Counted from the stretch's first letter, positions 19,914 to 30,135 are shown. The stretch: DNA of 64,000 nucleotides from a bacterium (GCA_043811915.1 JBDRMS010000006.1:86870-150869); one strand, 5' to 3'. Made by a program: numbers and translations. Notes: a model not told the origin generated them from the letters alone.

Positions 19914-21221
19914 ATGCCAAAAATAGAAAAAATATCTGCCTTGGAAGTGCTGGACTCTCGTGGTAATCCGACAGTGCTGGCAAAAGTAGAGGGTGGGGGC
20001 GTGAGGGGGCAGGCTATTGTGCCGTCTGGTATGTCCACTGGGCGTCATGAGGCGTATGAACTACGTGATAATGACGAGGAGCGGTATGACGGCAAAGGAG
20101 TGCTTAGGGCGGTAAAGAATGTGGAGGGCGAAATTCACGCAGCTTTATTGGGAATGGACACGGCCAACCAGAGTAAAATTGACCGCATCCTGTTGGAGTT
20201 GGACGGCACGGCAAACAAGTCGCGTCTGGGGGCTAATGCAATATTGGCAGTTTCGCTGGCTTGTGCGCGGGCAGAGGCGGCCAGTCAAGGTTTGCCGCTA
20301 TACCTATATTTACAGCAGTTATTTGCGCATCGTGCCCCGATTTTGCCAGTGCCGCAGATGAATTTAATTAACGGCGGTCGGCATGCCAGTAATGCTTTGT
20401 CGATTCAGGAATATCAGGTGTTGCCGGTGGGCTCGATTAACTTTGCAGAAGCTTTAAGGATGGGTGTGGAAATTTATTTTGCTTTACGGGAACTATTGCT
20501 CAAAGAAGGATTTCAGGTGGAAATTGCCGATGAGGGTGGCTTTGCGCCGAAGTTGGAGACGAGCGAGATGGTGTTTACTTTTCTGGTGCGGGCGATTGAG
20601 AAGGCAGGCTATGTACCGGGAGTGGACGCTTTTTTGGGTATTGATGCGGCGGCAACGGAGTTTTATGACGCGGAGACAAACCAATATCAGCTGGATGGGG
20701 ATATGTTGTCATCGGTGGACTTGGCTTATCAGTACAAGACATGGCGGGAGAGATATCCGTTAGTGTCTTTCGAGGATCCCTTTGCCGAAGATGACTGGGA
20801 TACGTGGCAGCAATTTATGAAGGATAACGGGCGGGTGGTGCAAGTGGTGGGAGATGATTTGTACGCCACCAACGCTACGCGTATTAGAGAAGGTATTGTG
20901 CGAGAGGCGAGCAACGCCGTGTTGATTAAGCCTAATCAGGTAGGTACCCTAACGGAAACGTTGCAGGCTATATTGTTGGCACAGGAGGCCAAACAAAATG
21001 TGGTGATTTCGCATCGGAGCGGAGAGACAGAGGATACATTTATTGCTGATTTAGCGGTGGCGGTGGCAGCCGGACAGATAAAGACAGGAGCGCCGACAAG
21101 AACTGATCGTACAGCAAAATATAATCGGTTGCTTGCGATAGAGTCGGCCGTGGGGGGGAAACTGTCGTGTAGCCTGCAGCCATATCTGGAAAGTTATCGA
21201 CCAGCTTACAGCAGAGCATAG
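19914..21221 (+). CDS. eno: enolase
   Basis: Enolase N- and C-terminal domain motifs (SRGNPTV..., IKPNQVGT). Confidence 0.92.
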   Translation: MPKIEKISALEVLDSRGNPTVLAKVEGGGVRGQAIVPSGMSTGRHEAYELRDNDEERYDGKGVLRAVKNVEGEIHAALLGMDTANQSKIDRILLELDGTANKSRLGANAILAVSLACARAEAASQGLPLYLYLQQLFAHRAPILPVPQMNLINGGRHASNALSIQEYQVLPVGSINFAEALRMGVEIYFALRELLLKEGFQVEIADEGGFAPKLETSEMVFTFLVRAIEKAGYVPGVDAFLGIDAAATEFYDAETNQYQLDGDMLSSVDLAYQYKTWRERYPLVSFEDPFAEDDWDTWQQFMKDNGRVVQVVGDDLYATNATRIREGIVREASNAVLIKPNQVGTLTETLQAILLAQEAKQNVVISHRSGETEDTFIADLAVAVAAGQIKTGAPTRTDRTAKYNRLLAIESAVGGKLSCSLQPYLESYRPAYSRA

Positions 21222-21240
21222 TGTGGTATACTGTGAGAAT

Positions 21241-21681
21241 ATGGCTGGTAATAAGACAGAAGAAACACATGTGGTTTGGGAGCGCCGCCAGGCGGAGTTG
21301 TGGGATCGTATTTTTCAGGTTACTCAAGATGTGATCACGGTGGCGGAGACATTGAGCGATACGGTGGGCTATGCGGTAGTGCGGCAGGAGTTGGTGAGAG
21401 CGGCTACGGCGGTAGGAGTAGAGTTGGTACGGGCTAACGCGGCGGACAGTGCCGGCGAGTTCGAGCGGCACGTAAAAGAAGCGCGGATTAGGGCTATTGA
21501 GTCGGATTACTGGTTGCGGTTAGTGTATGTGCTACAACAACAAGAAGATGTGCAACGGGATTTATCCAGTGTTATTTCGCAATACACGGCAATCATAACT
21601 CTGCTGCAGCGTTTTCTAACTCATACTCAAGGGGAGCCGGATGTGCTTTTCCGACATACTAAAGGGCCGAGAATAAATTGA
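21241..21681 (+). CDS. four-helix-bundle protein (23S rRNA IVS-protein-like)
   Basis: Helical ~147 aa protein with an ...ARIRAIESDYWLRLV... pattern resembling the TIGR02436 family. Confidence 0.45.
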   Translation: MAGNKTEETHVVWERRQAELWDRIFQVTQDVITVAETLSDTVGYAVVRQELVRAATAVGVELVRANAADSAGEFERHVKEARIRAIESDYWLRLVYVLQQQEDVQRDLSSVISQYTAIITLLQRFLTHTQGEPDVLFRHTKGPRIN

Positions 21682-21682
21682 T

Positions 21683-23377
21683 ATGCAGGATATGGAGAGG
21701 GTGTGGCTGGTTAGCGCCGGTGGCGGTGGGATTATTAATGAGGCTGGAGAGTTGCGTGAAGTTTTATTAGCGCAGCGGGGAGTGGCAAGTAGTGAGCGGG
21801 AAGCCTTTTTTGAGCCGCGTTACAATCGAGATATTCATGATCCATATTTAATGTTTGATATGGAGGTGGCAGTCGGCAGAATAAGAAGAGCGGTAGAAAA
21901 AAAGGAATGCATAGTTATCTATGGTGATTACGATGCTGATGGCATATCCAGCATGGCGGTGTTAATAGATGTGCTAAAGATGTTGGGGGCAAATGTTAGT
22001 CCATATTTACCACATCGACTGAATGACGGTTACGGATTAAGAATGTCTGTTTTGAGAAAGTTGGCGGTGGATGCGGATTTGTTAATAACGGTGGACTGCG
22101 GGGTGAGTGATTATGAAGAAGTGGCTTGGCTTATGGCACAGGGAATTGATGTGATTGTAACAGACCATCATAATTTACCGGCGGAGTTACCCCAGGCATT
22201 GGCGATTCTGCATCCCCGGCATCCTAGAGGCAGGTACCCGTTTGGTTATTTATGTGGGGCGGGGGTGGCCTGGAAGTTAGCGCAGGCATTACTTGAAGAC
22301 AGGGAGATGGAAAAGTGGCTGCTTGATTTGGTGTGCTTAGGAACGGTGGCGGACATGGTGCCAATGATGGGCGAGAACAAGGCTATCGTGTCGTTTGGAT
22401 TGCGCGTTTTGAGGCGAAGCAACAGACCGGGGCTTAGAAAATTAGTACAGACTGCCAGACGGGGCAGTGATGTGTTGGATGCGGATACCGTCGGTTATCG
22501 TGTAGTGCCGTTGATGAATGCACCGGGGCGGTTGGAGCATGGTCAACCAGTATTGGACCTTTTATTAACACAGGAGGAACGCAGAGCTGATGAGCTGGTG
22601 GCAGAATTGGTACGTTATAATCGTTCCCGGTCGACGTTGAGTCGACAAGTGGAACGTGAAGTGACAGAGCAGATCGGTAAATTGGATGGGCCAATTCTGT
22701 TTGCTAGTGGCAGTCAGTGGGCTGCAGGAGTGGTAGGTCTGGTGGCGGGGCGTCTTTGTGAGAGGTTTGCCCGGCCGGCTATTGTAGTAGGTGGTGGTAA
22801 TGGACATGCGGTGGGTTCGGCCAGGGCACCGGCAGGCTTGAATGTTTTCAAGTTAATTGCCGATCAGGAAGAGCATCTGCTCAACTACGGCGGTCATCCT
22901 TCGGCGGCCGGGTTTTCTCTGGAATATGACAAGGTGGATAAATTTAGCAGGGCGCTGGCTGAAAAGGCGGGCCAAATAAAAAATGAGATAAATTATCGGG
23001 AAGAACAGGCCGACGCGATAGTGGAACATAATTTACTTAACTGGGATACGGCGGAAATGCTGGAGCAGTTTTCTCCGTATGGAGAAGGAAATAAAAGACC
23101 TAAATTAGTAGGGCGGCAATTGGAGTTGGCTGATTGGCGGCTGGTGGGAAAAACAAAAGAACATGTCAAGTTTGTTTTTCGTAATGGTGATGAGCCGCTG
23201 GATGGTATTGGATTTGGCTTGGCGGATGATGAATTATTAAAGACGGTGAAGAGCGGTGAATCAGTTGATGTTCTGTTTTATCTGGATATTAATGAATTTA
23301 AAGGGCGGCGAGGTCTACAATTGCAGATTAGAGATATTGCACCGGCAGGAAGAGTGAAGATAGTCGTTAGTCATTAG
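21683..23377 (+). CDS. recJ: single-stranded-DNA-specific exonuclease RecJ
   Basis: DHH motifs (IVIYGDYDADGISS, VTDHH) and a DHHA1 region. Confidence 0.88.
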   Translation: MQDMERVWLVSAGGGGIINEAGELREVLLAQRGVASSEREAFFEPRYNRDIHDPYLMFDMEVAVGRIRRAVEKKECIVIYGDYDADGISSMAVLIDVLKMLGANVSPYLPHRLNDGYGLRMSVLRKLAVDADLLITVDCGVSDYEEVAWLMAQGIDVIVTDHHNLPAELPQALAILHPRHPRGRYPFGYLCGAGVAWKLAQALLEDREMEKWLLDLVCLGTVADMVPMMGENKAIVSFGLRVLRRSNRPGLRKLVQTARRGSDVLDADTVGYRVVPLMNAPGRLEHGQPVLDLLLTQEERRADELVAELVRYNRSRSTLSRQVEREVTEQIGKLDGPILFASGSQWAAGVVGLVAGRLCERFARPAIVVGGGNGHAVGSARAPAGLNVFKLIADQEEHLLNYGGHPSAAGFSLEYDKVDKFSRALAEKAGQIKNEINYREEQADAIVEHNLLNWDTAEMLEQFSPYGEGNKRPKLVGRQLELADWRLVGKTKEHVKFVFRNGDEPLDGIGFGLADDELLKTVKSGESVDVLFYLDINEFKGRRGLQLQIRDIAPAGRVKIVVSH

Positions 23378-23381
23378 GCAT

Positions 23382-23783
23382 ATGAAGAAAGCAACGTTGC
23401 ACAGCGACGGCGGAGCGAGAGGAAACCCAGGGCCGGCGGGTATCGGGTATGTACTTAGAGTAGAGGATAGCGAGGCGGTTTTTCATGGGGAGTATATTGG
23501 CGAGACGACAAATAATCAGGCCGAGTACACAGCTTTGATTATGGGGTTGAAGCGGGCATGGGCAGATGGCATTAGTAATCTAAAATGCTTTTTAGACAGC
23601 GAGTTAGTAGTGAAGCAATTGCAAGGTAGTTACAAGGTCAAGAATGAGGGGCTGAAGCCATTATTTGTTCAGGTGCAGGAATTGGCCGGTAAGTTTGCTG
23701 AAATATCTTATAGCCATGTGTCGAGAGATAAAAACAAAGAGGCGGATAAGCTTGTTAATGGGGCGATTGACAAACATACATAA
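23382..23783 (+). CDS. rnhA: ribonuclease HI
   Basis: LHSDGGARGNPGPAGIGYVL start typical of RNase H; 133 aa. Confidence 0.85.
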   Translation: MKKATLHSDGGARGNPGPAGIGYVLRVEDSEAVFHGEYIGETTNNQAEYTALIMGLKRAWADGISNLKCFLDSELVVKQLQGSYKVKNEGLKPLFVQVQELAGKFAEISYSHVSRDKNKEADKLVNGAIDKHT

Positions 23784-23817
23784 ATAAACCCCGCCCCTAA
23801 AGGAGCGAGGTTTGTTT

Positions 23818-24180
23818 AAGCAGACGGGATATAAGCCGGATTCTGTCGAGAATGGTCATCTATCTGGGATGTACTTCGCAGCACACCTCTTGCCTCCTAC
23901 CGTGCCTGCTAGTATGGCAGACATACTTGGAGTTGCACCAGGTGGGGTTTGCCCCTCCACTCTGTTACCAAAGCGGAGCGTGAGCTCTTACCTCACGATT
24001 TCACCCTTACCCCGCCAAGGCGGGGCGGTATGTTTCTGTTGCACTTTCCCTACCCCACTTCGCCCTTTGGGCTTTGCGGGGCGGCAGCCGTTAACTGCCA
24101 CCATGCTCAAGTTATGAAATAACCTGGGTGTCCGGACTTTCCTCCCCGCCAAGGCGGGGCGACCATTCACCCATCTGCTT
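23818..24180 (-). ncRNA. rnpB: RNase P RNA (bacterial type A)
   Basis: Reverse complement contains GGAAAGUCCGG (P4 5' strand), GUGCAACAGAAA, AGGGUGAAA, GGUAAGAGC and ACAGAAUCCGGCUUA (P4 3' strand); 5' AAGCAGA pairs with 3' UCUGCUU (P1). Confidence 0.92.
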
Positions 24181-24185
24181 GAATT

Positions 24186-24213
24186 ATTATACTGCCAGAT
24201 CCTGATTTGTCAA
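24186..24213 (-). promoter_or_regulatory. sigma70-like promoter for rnpB (TTGACA-N16-TATAAT)
   Basis: On the minus strand, TTGACA (24208-24213) and TATAAT (24186-24191) lie about 6 nt upstream of the inferred rnpB 5' end. Confidence 0.7.
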
Positions 24214-24255
24214 ATCGGCTTGACAAAGATAGCCTTAGAGAACAGGTTTGCTGAT

Positions 24256-25677
24256 ATGAAAAGATCAGAATTATTTTTTGATGCGGTTTTGGTGCCGATT
24301 GATTTTGTGGCGCTGATGGCTGCCGGCATAGTGGCTTATCATCTGCGTACCAGCCAGATAGTTCAGAGTGTACGGCCGGCAGTCTTCGTACTGGACTTGC
24401 CGTTGCTGGAGTATTTGCAGCTGGCGACGATTGTGGCTGCGGCTATTGTGGTTATCTTTGCCCTGCAGGGTTTGTATTCCATGCAGGCGACAAGAAAGCT
24501 GCGGGAGGAGCTAGCAAGAATCTTCGCTGGCATTTCCATGGGGATGATGGGCGTGATTGTATATATCTTCTTGAGTGCGGAGCTGTTTCAGTCGCGTTTT
24601 ATTTTACTGGCGGCATATGTGCTGGGACTGGTCTTTGTATCGCTGGGGCGCTGGCTGGTACGAAAGCTGCAGCAAATAATGCTGCAGCGCGGTTATGGGG
24701 TATACCAGGTGGTGTTAATTGGCAATGGCCGTTTTGGTAAACAATTGGCAGACGTTTTTGCAGATAGGACTGATTTAGGGTATCGCGTGGTGGGAATGCC
24801 GGCTATTGTACGGTGGGATGTGCTAGAAGATATTTGGCAGAAGCATGGTATTGACGAGGTAATTCAAACTGATCCCACCTTGCCGGAAGAGGACAACCTG
24901 GTACTGCTTGATTTTTGTGACAAGTATAAGATCGGATACAAATATGTGCCGAATTTGTTTGAAACATATGCGGCGCGGGTACGGTTTCAGGAAATAGGGG
25001 GAGTACCATTGATGGAACTGATGTGGACGCAGCTGGATGGATGGGGCAGAGTAACCAAGCGGATAATGGATATAGTTGGTGCCGTTTTTGGATTGGTTGT
25101 GTTGTCGCCGTTATTTGCTGTAACGGCAGCGGCCATAAAGATAAATTCGCCGGGGCCGGTGTTTTATCGGCAGATGCGGGTGGGGCGGCGGTGCAAGCAT
25201 TTTGAAATATACAAGTTTCGTAGTATGCGCACAGAGTTTTCAGTGGGCGAGCGGTATGGAGGAAAGAAGGCAAAAAGGTTTGAACAGAAACTTCGCGCTA
25301 ATGTGAATGAAAGATTGGGACCTTTATTTAAGATGAAGAGAGACCCGCGGGTGACCGGAGTAGGAAGAATCTTACGGCGGATGCGCATTGATGAGTTGCC
25401 GCAGCTTATTAATGTATTGAAAAGTGAAATGAGCCTATTGGGGCCGCGGCCACACTTGCCACAGGAGGTAGAAAAGTACAGTAAGCACCACAGCAAGTTG
25501 TTTACTATTAAGCCAGGGATGTCGGGGATGGCTCAAGTGCAGGGCAACGCCGGACTTTCCTTTGAACAGGAGGCCAGGCTGGACATTGGCTACATTGAGG
25601 ACTGGTCGCTGTGGCTGGACATTATTTTGCTGTTGAAAACTTTTAAAATTTTATTTACGGACAGAAACGCGGTATAG
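24256..25677 (+). CDS. polyprenyl-phosphate hexose-1-phosphate transferase (bacterial sugar transferase, WbaP/WcaJ-like priming enzyme)
   Basis: N-terminal TM helices plus a C-terminal sugar-transferase domain (PGPVFYRQMRVG...DELPQLINVL...GPRP). Confidence 0.85.
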   Translation: MKRSELFFDAVLVPIDFVALMAAGIVAYHLRTSQIVQSVRPAVFVLDLPLLEYLQLATIVAAAIVVIFALQGLYSMQATRKLREELARIFAGISMGMMGVIVYIFLSAELFQSRFILLAAYVLGLVFVSLGRWLVRKLQQIMLQRGYGVYQVVLIGNGRFGKQLADVFADRTDLGYRVVGMPAIVRWDVLEDIWQKHGIDEVIQTDPTLPEEDNLVLLDFCDKYKIGYKYVPNLFETYAARVRFQEIGGVPLMELMWTQLDGWGRVTKRIMDIVGAVFGLVVLSPLFAVTAAAIKINSPGPVFYRQMRVGRRCKHFEIYKFRSMRTEFSVGERYGGKKAKRFEQKLRANVNERLGPLFKMKRDPRVTGVGRILRRMRIDELPQLINVLKSEMSLLGPRPHLPQEVEKYSKHHSKLFTIKPGMSGMAQVQGNAGLSFEQEARLDIGYIEDWSLWLDIILLLKTFKILFTDRNAV

Positions 25678-25716
25678 GGGTATACTGCTGCTACAGGAAA
25701 GGGGGAATAATATAAC

Positions 25717-26814
25717 GTGCGAGTAGCTTTGGTCCATGATTATTTGACGCATTTTGGAGGGGCGGAGCGCGTGCTCGAAGCATTAATGGAGCTGTTTCCT
25801 CAAGCGCCGGTGTTTACTCTGGTCTATGACGAAGATGTAGCGGAGCGAATAGGGCGGGAGAGACTTAGGCCGTCGTTTTTGCAGCGGTTGCCGGGAGCGC
25901 GGCGGGCTCACCGTTATTTTCCTTTGGCTTTGATGCCGCTGGCGGTGGAGCAGTTTAATTTGAATGATTTTGATGTGGTGCTGTCAAGTTGCCATAGTTT
26001 TAGCAAGGGTGTAGTGACGGGCCCCAGGACGTTGCATATTAGTTATTGTTTTACGCCAACTCGCTATGCCTGGGATGACAGCCATCGGTACGTGAGAGAA
26101 TTTTCCCGCAGCCGGGTGTTCCAGAGGTTAGCGCCACTAGCTTTGTCATATATTCGTTTGTGGGATTTTGTGGCGGCGCAGCGGGTTGATGAATATATAA
26201 CGTTGTCAAGTTTTGTGGCGGAGCGCATAGCTAAATATTATCGGCGGGAAGCACAGGTAATTTTCCCGCCGGTGAATGTAGATTCATTCCAGGTATCGCA
26301 GGACGATGACGGATATTACTTGATAGTATCCCGCCTGGTGCCTTACAAAAGAATTGAGGTGGCTATTGAGGCTTGTGAACGTCTACAGCGGCCGCTTAAA
26401 ATTGCGGGGACGGGTCCAGAGGAGACATTACTGAAAGAACGTTCCGGTCGCTGGACCAGCTGGCTGGGTTTTGTACCGGATGACGATTTACCTTTGTTGT
26501 ATAGAGGAGCGAAAGCGCTGTTATTCCCGCAGGAGGAGGATTTTGGCATCACTCCTCTGGAGGCGGCGGCCAGCGGTAAACCGACGGTGGCGTATCGGGG
26601 CGGGGGGGCGCTGGAGACGATTGTGGAAGGAGAGACGGGAATGTTTTTTGATGAGCAGACGAGTGATAGTCTGGTGGCGGCGCTTGAGAATTTTGAAGAA
26701 CGAACCTGGGATGCAGGGCGTATTCGCAGACAGGCAGAGCGTTTTCGTCGGGAGGAGTTCTTGCGTCAAATGGGTGAGGCAGTGCACAATCATTGGATGG
26801 CCTTTAAGCAATGA
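25717..26814 (+). CDS. GT4 family glycosyltransferase
   Basis: GT-B fold with E...FGITPLEA signature region. Confidence 0.8.
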   Translation: MRVALVHDYLTHFGGAERVLEALMELFPQAPVFTLVYDEDVAERIGRERLRPSFLQRLPGARRAHRYFPLALMPLAVEQFNLNDFDVVLSSCHSFSKGVVTGPRTLHISYCFTPTRYAWDDSHRYVREFSRSRVFQRLAPLALSYIRLWDFVAAQRVDEYITLSSFVAERIAKYYRREAQVIFPPVNVDSFQVSQDDDGYYLIVSRLVPYKRIEVAIEACERLQRPLKIAGTGPEETLLKERSGRWTSWLGFVPDDDLPLLYRGAKALLFPQEEDFGITPLEAAASGKPTVAYRGGGALETIVEGETGMFFDEQTSDSLVAALENFEERTWDAGRIRRQAERFRREEFLRQMGEAVHNHWMAFKQ

Positions 26815-27431
26815 CAGACACTTTTTATCATTACTGGCAAGTGGTGCAGAGAAAATTGCCGGCTATTTTGTTGATTAGTGTGGCGGCGGCGGTTGTTGCC
26901 TGGTTGGTTGTATTGCGGCTGGGGCCAACGTATGCCGTGCACTATTCTTACCTGGTTTCATTGAGTGAGCGTGAGGAGGTAGAGGACTTTAGTTTTGATG
27001 GTTACTACGCGCTATCAGCTACGGACTTGTTTGCGGCTACCCTGGCCAGTTGGGTTAGTGCGCCAGAGGTGGTGGTGGCGGCGTATGAAGAGGCAGGCTT
27101 AACACTACCTTCGCATGATCCGCGTGATGTTGTGCAAGCAGTGGCGGCGGAGAAGAAATCGCCCCAGCTGGTAGCGGTGACGGTGCGCCACAAAAATCAG
27201 GAGGATGCAGAGCATCTGGCGCGAGGATTGCAGTCGGTGATGGAAGAGAATGTGAAGCGATATAACGACCAGGGTATACCGGCCCTGACCTTTCGAGTGG
27301 TGGCCACGGAGCCATGGACCAGCGTGAGGCAAATTGAAGTGGCGGTAGTGGTGATAGCGACATCCCTTTTTGTTTTTCTGGCGGCGATTAATGTGGTATT
27401 GCTAATTGAGAGTATTAGGCGACTGACATGA
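26811..27431 (+). CDS. Wzz-like chain-length-determinant-type membrane protein (two TM helices flanking a soluble domain)
   Basis: N- and C-terminal TM helices; location in a polysaccharide locus. Confidence 0.4.
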   Translation: MTDTFYHYWQVVQRKLPAILLISVAAAVVAWLVVLRLGPTYAVHYSYLVSLSEREEVEDFSFDGYYALSATDLFAATLASWVSAPEVVVAAYEEAGLTLPSHDPRDVVQAVAAEKKSPQLVAVTVRHKNQEDAEHLARGLQSVMEENVKRYNDQGIPALTFRVVATEPWTSVRQIEVAVVVIATSLFVFLAAINVVLLIESIRRLT

Positions 27432-28537
27432 ACATTGCCATTGATGTGCGATCTCTAATGGAGGATCGGCATAGTGGTGTGCAGGAATATACTGTTCAGA
27501 TAATAAGAGCCTTGGTACGAGTGGCGCCGCGGCACACCTATCATCTGTTTTACAACTCGGCGCGCACGGTCGCGCTGCCGGACTTTGGATCCAGGTGCGT
27601 GGTGCATAAATTTAGGTATCCTAATAAAATCTTTAATGCGGCGCAGTTTGTTTTTGGTCTGCCACGTTGGGACAAGCTGGTGCCAGCCGATTGCTATTTT
27701 GTGCCCAATGTGCGGTTGATGCCCCTTGGCCCGATGGCGCCGCTAGTTGTAGTGGCGCACGATCTTTCTTATGAGAGATTTCCCGAGCTATATTCCTGGC
27801 AGCGGCGAGTGTGGCATCGCTTGGTACAAGCTCGCTTTCTACTGCAAAACGCTGATCAGGTGGTGGCGGTATCGGAAGCAACGGCGGAGGATGTGCGATT
27901 GCTGTATAGAGTGCCAGAGAATCAAGTATCGGTGATATATTCCGGCGTGCCGGAAGCCGGTGAAGTATCTAGTAAAACACGAGCGGCGGTCAAGGCCAGG
28001 TATAATTTACCGGAACGGTTTGTGTTGTACTTAGGTACACTGGAGCCGCGCAAGAATGTTGTTAGTATTGTGCGGGCATTTGATAATATTGCGGATAGCA
28101 TACCGCACGGTTTAGTCATAGCCGGTTCTCCAGGTTGGCTGATGAAGGAATTTGATAAAGTACTGATTGGAACAGGACACCGCTCACGCATTCAGGTGAC
28201 GGGTTTTATTCGGGAACAAGACAAAATGGCTTTGTACGAAATGGCGGACTTGTTCGTGTACCCCAGTTTGTACGAAGGATTTGGCTTTCCGCCGCTGGAG
28301 GCTTTACTTAATGGCACACCGGTTATTACTTCGTTAAACTCGGCGTTGCCGGAGGTGGTGGGGGAATGGGCGATTCTGATAGATCCGTATGATACGGGGG
28401 AGTTGGCTCTTGTTATGAAGGAACTGCTTCAGGATTTGCCGGTGGTGTCGGAGGAAGATAGAAGGGCGATTAGAGAAAAATACTCGTGGGACGAGGCAGC
28501 GCGCCAGACGCTGAAGATTATTGAAAGCGTGGCATAA
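27428..28537 (+). CDS. GT4 family glycosyltransferase
   Basis: EGFGFPPLEALLNGTPVITS GT4 motif. Confidence 0.8.
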   Translation: MNIAIDVRSLMEDRHSGVQEYTVQIIRALVRVAPRHTYHLFYNSARTVALPDFGSRCVVHKFRYPNKIFNAAQFVFGLPRWDKLVPADCYFVPNVRLMPLGPMAPLVVVAHDLSYERFPELYSWQRRVWHRLVQARFLLQNADQVVAVSEATAEDVRLLYRVPENQVSVIYSGVPEAGEVSSKTRAAVKARYNLPERFVLYLGTLEPRKNVVSIVRAFDNIADSIPHGLVIAGSPGWLMKEFDKVLIGTGHRSRIQVTGFIREQDKMALYEMADLFVYPSLYEGFGFPPLEALLNGTPVITSLNSALPEVVGEWAILIDPYDTGELALVMKELLQDLPVVSEEDRRAIREKYSWDEAARQTLKIIESVA

Positions 28538-28770
28538 AAATTGTCTGATAAAAAAGCGTGTCAGGGGAGATGACACGCATTAGAGCCTCGGCTCGCACAA
28601 ACGAGATCTGCCGTCGACGGCACCTGGTGGCAGCGGGCTTCAGACGGTCCCTGATTGTAAAATGACCATATGCCAGTTGATTGCTTTTCCGCGATGATAA
28701 TGGTGCCGTTGGGTTGATGGAGTTTATTCGGAGTGAAAAAAGCCCCGCGGAGGCAGGGCGGAAAAATAGA

Positions 28771-29925
28771 TTAAAACTTTATCTCACGGTAGCCGTACTG
28801 CTCAATGCGGCCGAGAACCCATTTGTTGATGGCAGGGGTAACGATTAGTGTGGCGCGGTACTTACTGGGATTGTCGAGATCGCTTAAGCGGTCGACGTTG
28901 ATAGTGAAAGTACCGTCACTTGTGTCTTTGAAGGCACTGTATGCGGTCGATGGCATCATTAGGTAACCGTCGCGCATGAGGGAGTCTTCTTGGGTAACTT
29001 CGAATAGGCGCAATGCTTTGGCATTCCAGTCATCTTCTTGGTTAGCAAATAAAATGAAAGGTAGCCAATGTAACCACTCACCGATTTTTTCACCGTTGGA
29101 CACAATGAAACCGACGGGTTTAATTGGTGGTTGGAGGCTGGACAGGTAGAGAATTCTGGTGGGACCGCCTGGCTTATCGTAATGAAGATGTCTGGTCAGC
29201 TCATGCTCGACGGCTAACTTGCTGCGGCTGAAGTTTTGTGGGTAACCGCGTTCTGGTTTACCCATAAAAGTAACCAGGCGCTTACTATGGCTAGTGGGCG
29301 GCTGGCGGAATTTTAAGGGGCTACCCTTAGCCCTAAAAAAGTCGAAGTCGATCTTTACTTTAGGGTTTAGAGGCAACTTTGCCTGGTAGATCCCCGCACT
29401 ACAGGCAACAACTAGTTCCCGCGTTATGTAGTTGAGGATTGCAGAACAAATAGGTTGTCCCCGCCGGATACAAGTGATGGCAGCGTTGGCTCCTGTGATT
29501 GAGACAGGCTGGCCGTAGGATCGTTCCCAGTTGGTAATAGTATCGCGCTGTCTGATTACGTCAGCGACGTGATCGCCAGGGCGAGAGTTTTTTTGCAGGA
29601 ATTCGCACAGTTCGGAGGAGCGGTCGCAGGGGTCACAGCCGTAGAAAGTACGAGCTCCATGAACAGTGGTGGGACCAGTTGTGGCCAGGGGATTAGCGTC
29701 TTCGCCGCGTTCCTCGGTGATGAGGATGGCATATTGATCAAATTCCTTAAGGTCGGCGGTTATGGTGTTTTCCGGTCGCTGGTCAAGGCCCAGGGTGTCT
29801 CCTTTGTATGGCACGTGGGATTTACTGATGGCCTCTTCAACAAGCGTGTCCAACATGGTCTGATTGGCGTCGACGAGGGCATTGAGTACGGCGTTGCAAT
29901 AGGCTCTTTCGATCCCATAAAACAT
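28771..29925 (-). CDS. hypothetical protein (384 aa); weak EE...DPxD spacing reminiscent of FIG (IMPase/FBPase) sugar-phosphatase metal site
   Basis: Strong SD (AAGGAG) 7 nt upstream of the ATG; ...ILITEERGE...(26 aa)...YGCDPCDRSS; no confident family match. Confidence 0.55.
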   Translation of the reverse strand: MFYGIERAYCNAVLNALVDANQTMLDTLVEEAISKSHVPYKGDTLGLDQRPENTITADLKEFDQYAILITEERGEDANPLATTGPTTVHGARTFYGCDPCDRSSELCEFLQKNSRPGDHVADVIRQRDTITNWERSYGQPVSITGANAAITCIRRGQPICSAILNYITRELVVACSAGIYQAKLPLNPKVKIDFDFFRAKGSPLKFRQPPTSHSKRLVTFMGKPERGYPQNFSRSKLAVEHELTRHLHYDKPGGPTRILYLSSLQPPIKPVGFIVSNGEKIGEWLHWLPFILFANQEDDWNAKALRLFEVTQEDSLMRDGYLMMPSTAYSAFKDTSDGTFTINVDRLSDLDNPSKYRATLIVTPAINKWVLGRIEQYGYREIKF

Positions 29926-30135
29926 AACAGGTCTCCTTGAGAATAGGTTGTAAAGGGCAAGACAAGACTGATTTGCAGGTTATGTCAGCAACAGGGAAGC
30001 TTAAGATATTTTTGATGTTTTTGGCAAGTATACTGGACGAGTACATAGAATTGACATTATTTTTGTAAGGGAGGACAGTGAGGGTGTTTGTACACTCACA
30101 ATTCTTGAACATCTACATGCCAACCGGAGGTTATT

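Noticed and set aside
23812-24170. Track ORFs 23812-24117 (+, 101 aa) and 23988-24170 (-, 60 aa)
   Set aside because: Both lie entirely within the RNase P RNA gene. They have no RBS, low-complexity Pro/Gly-rich translations, and arise from GC-rich structured RNA.
24220-24248. Plus-strand TTGACA at 24220-24225 as a promoter for the sugar-transferase gene
   Set aside because: No acceptable -10 hexamer lies 16-18 nt downstream. The hexamer is the mirror half of a palindrome whose other half is the rnpB -35 box.
28771-29925. Calling the 384-aa protein an inositol monophosphatase/FBPase
   Set aside because: Only a loose EE...DPxD spacing and a W-containing later stretch match. The DPxD is followed by R rather than G/S, and the protein is ~120 aa too long. 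It is kept as hypothetical.
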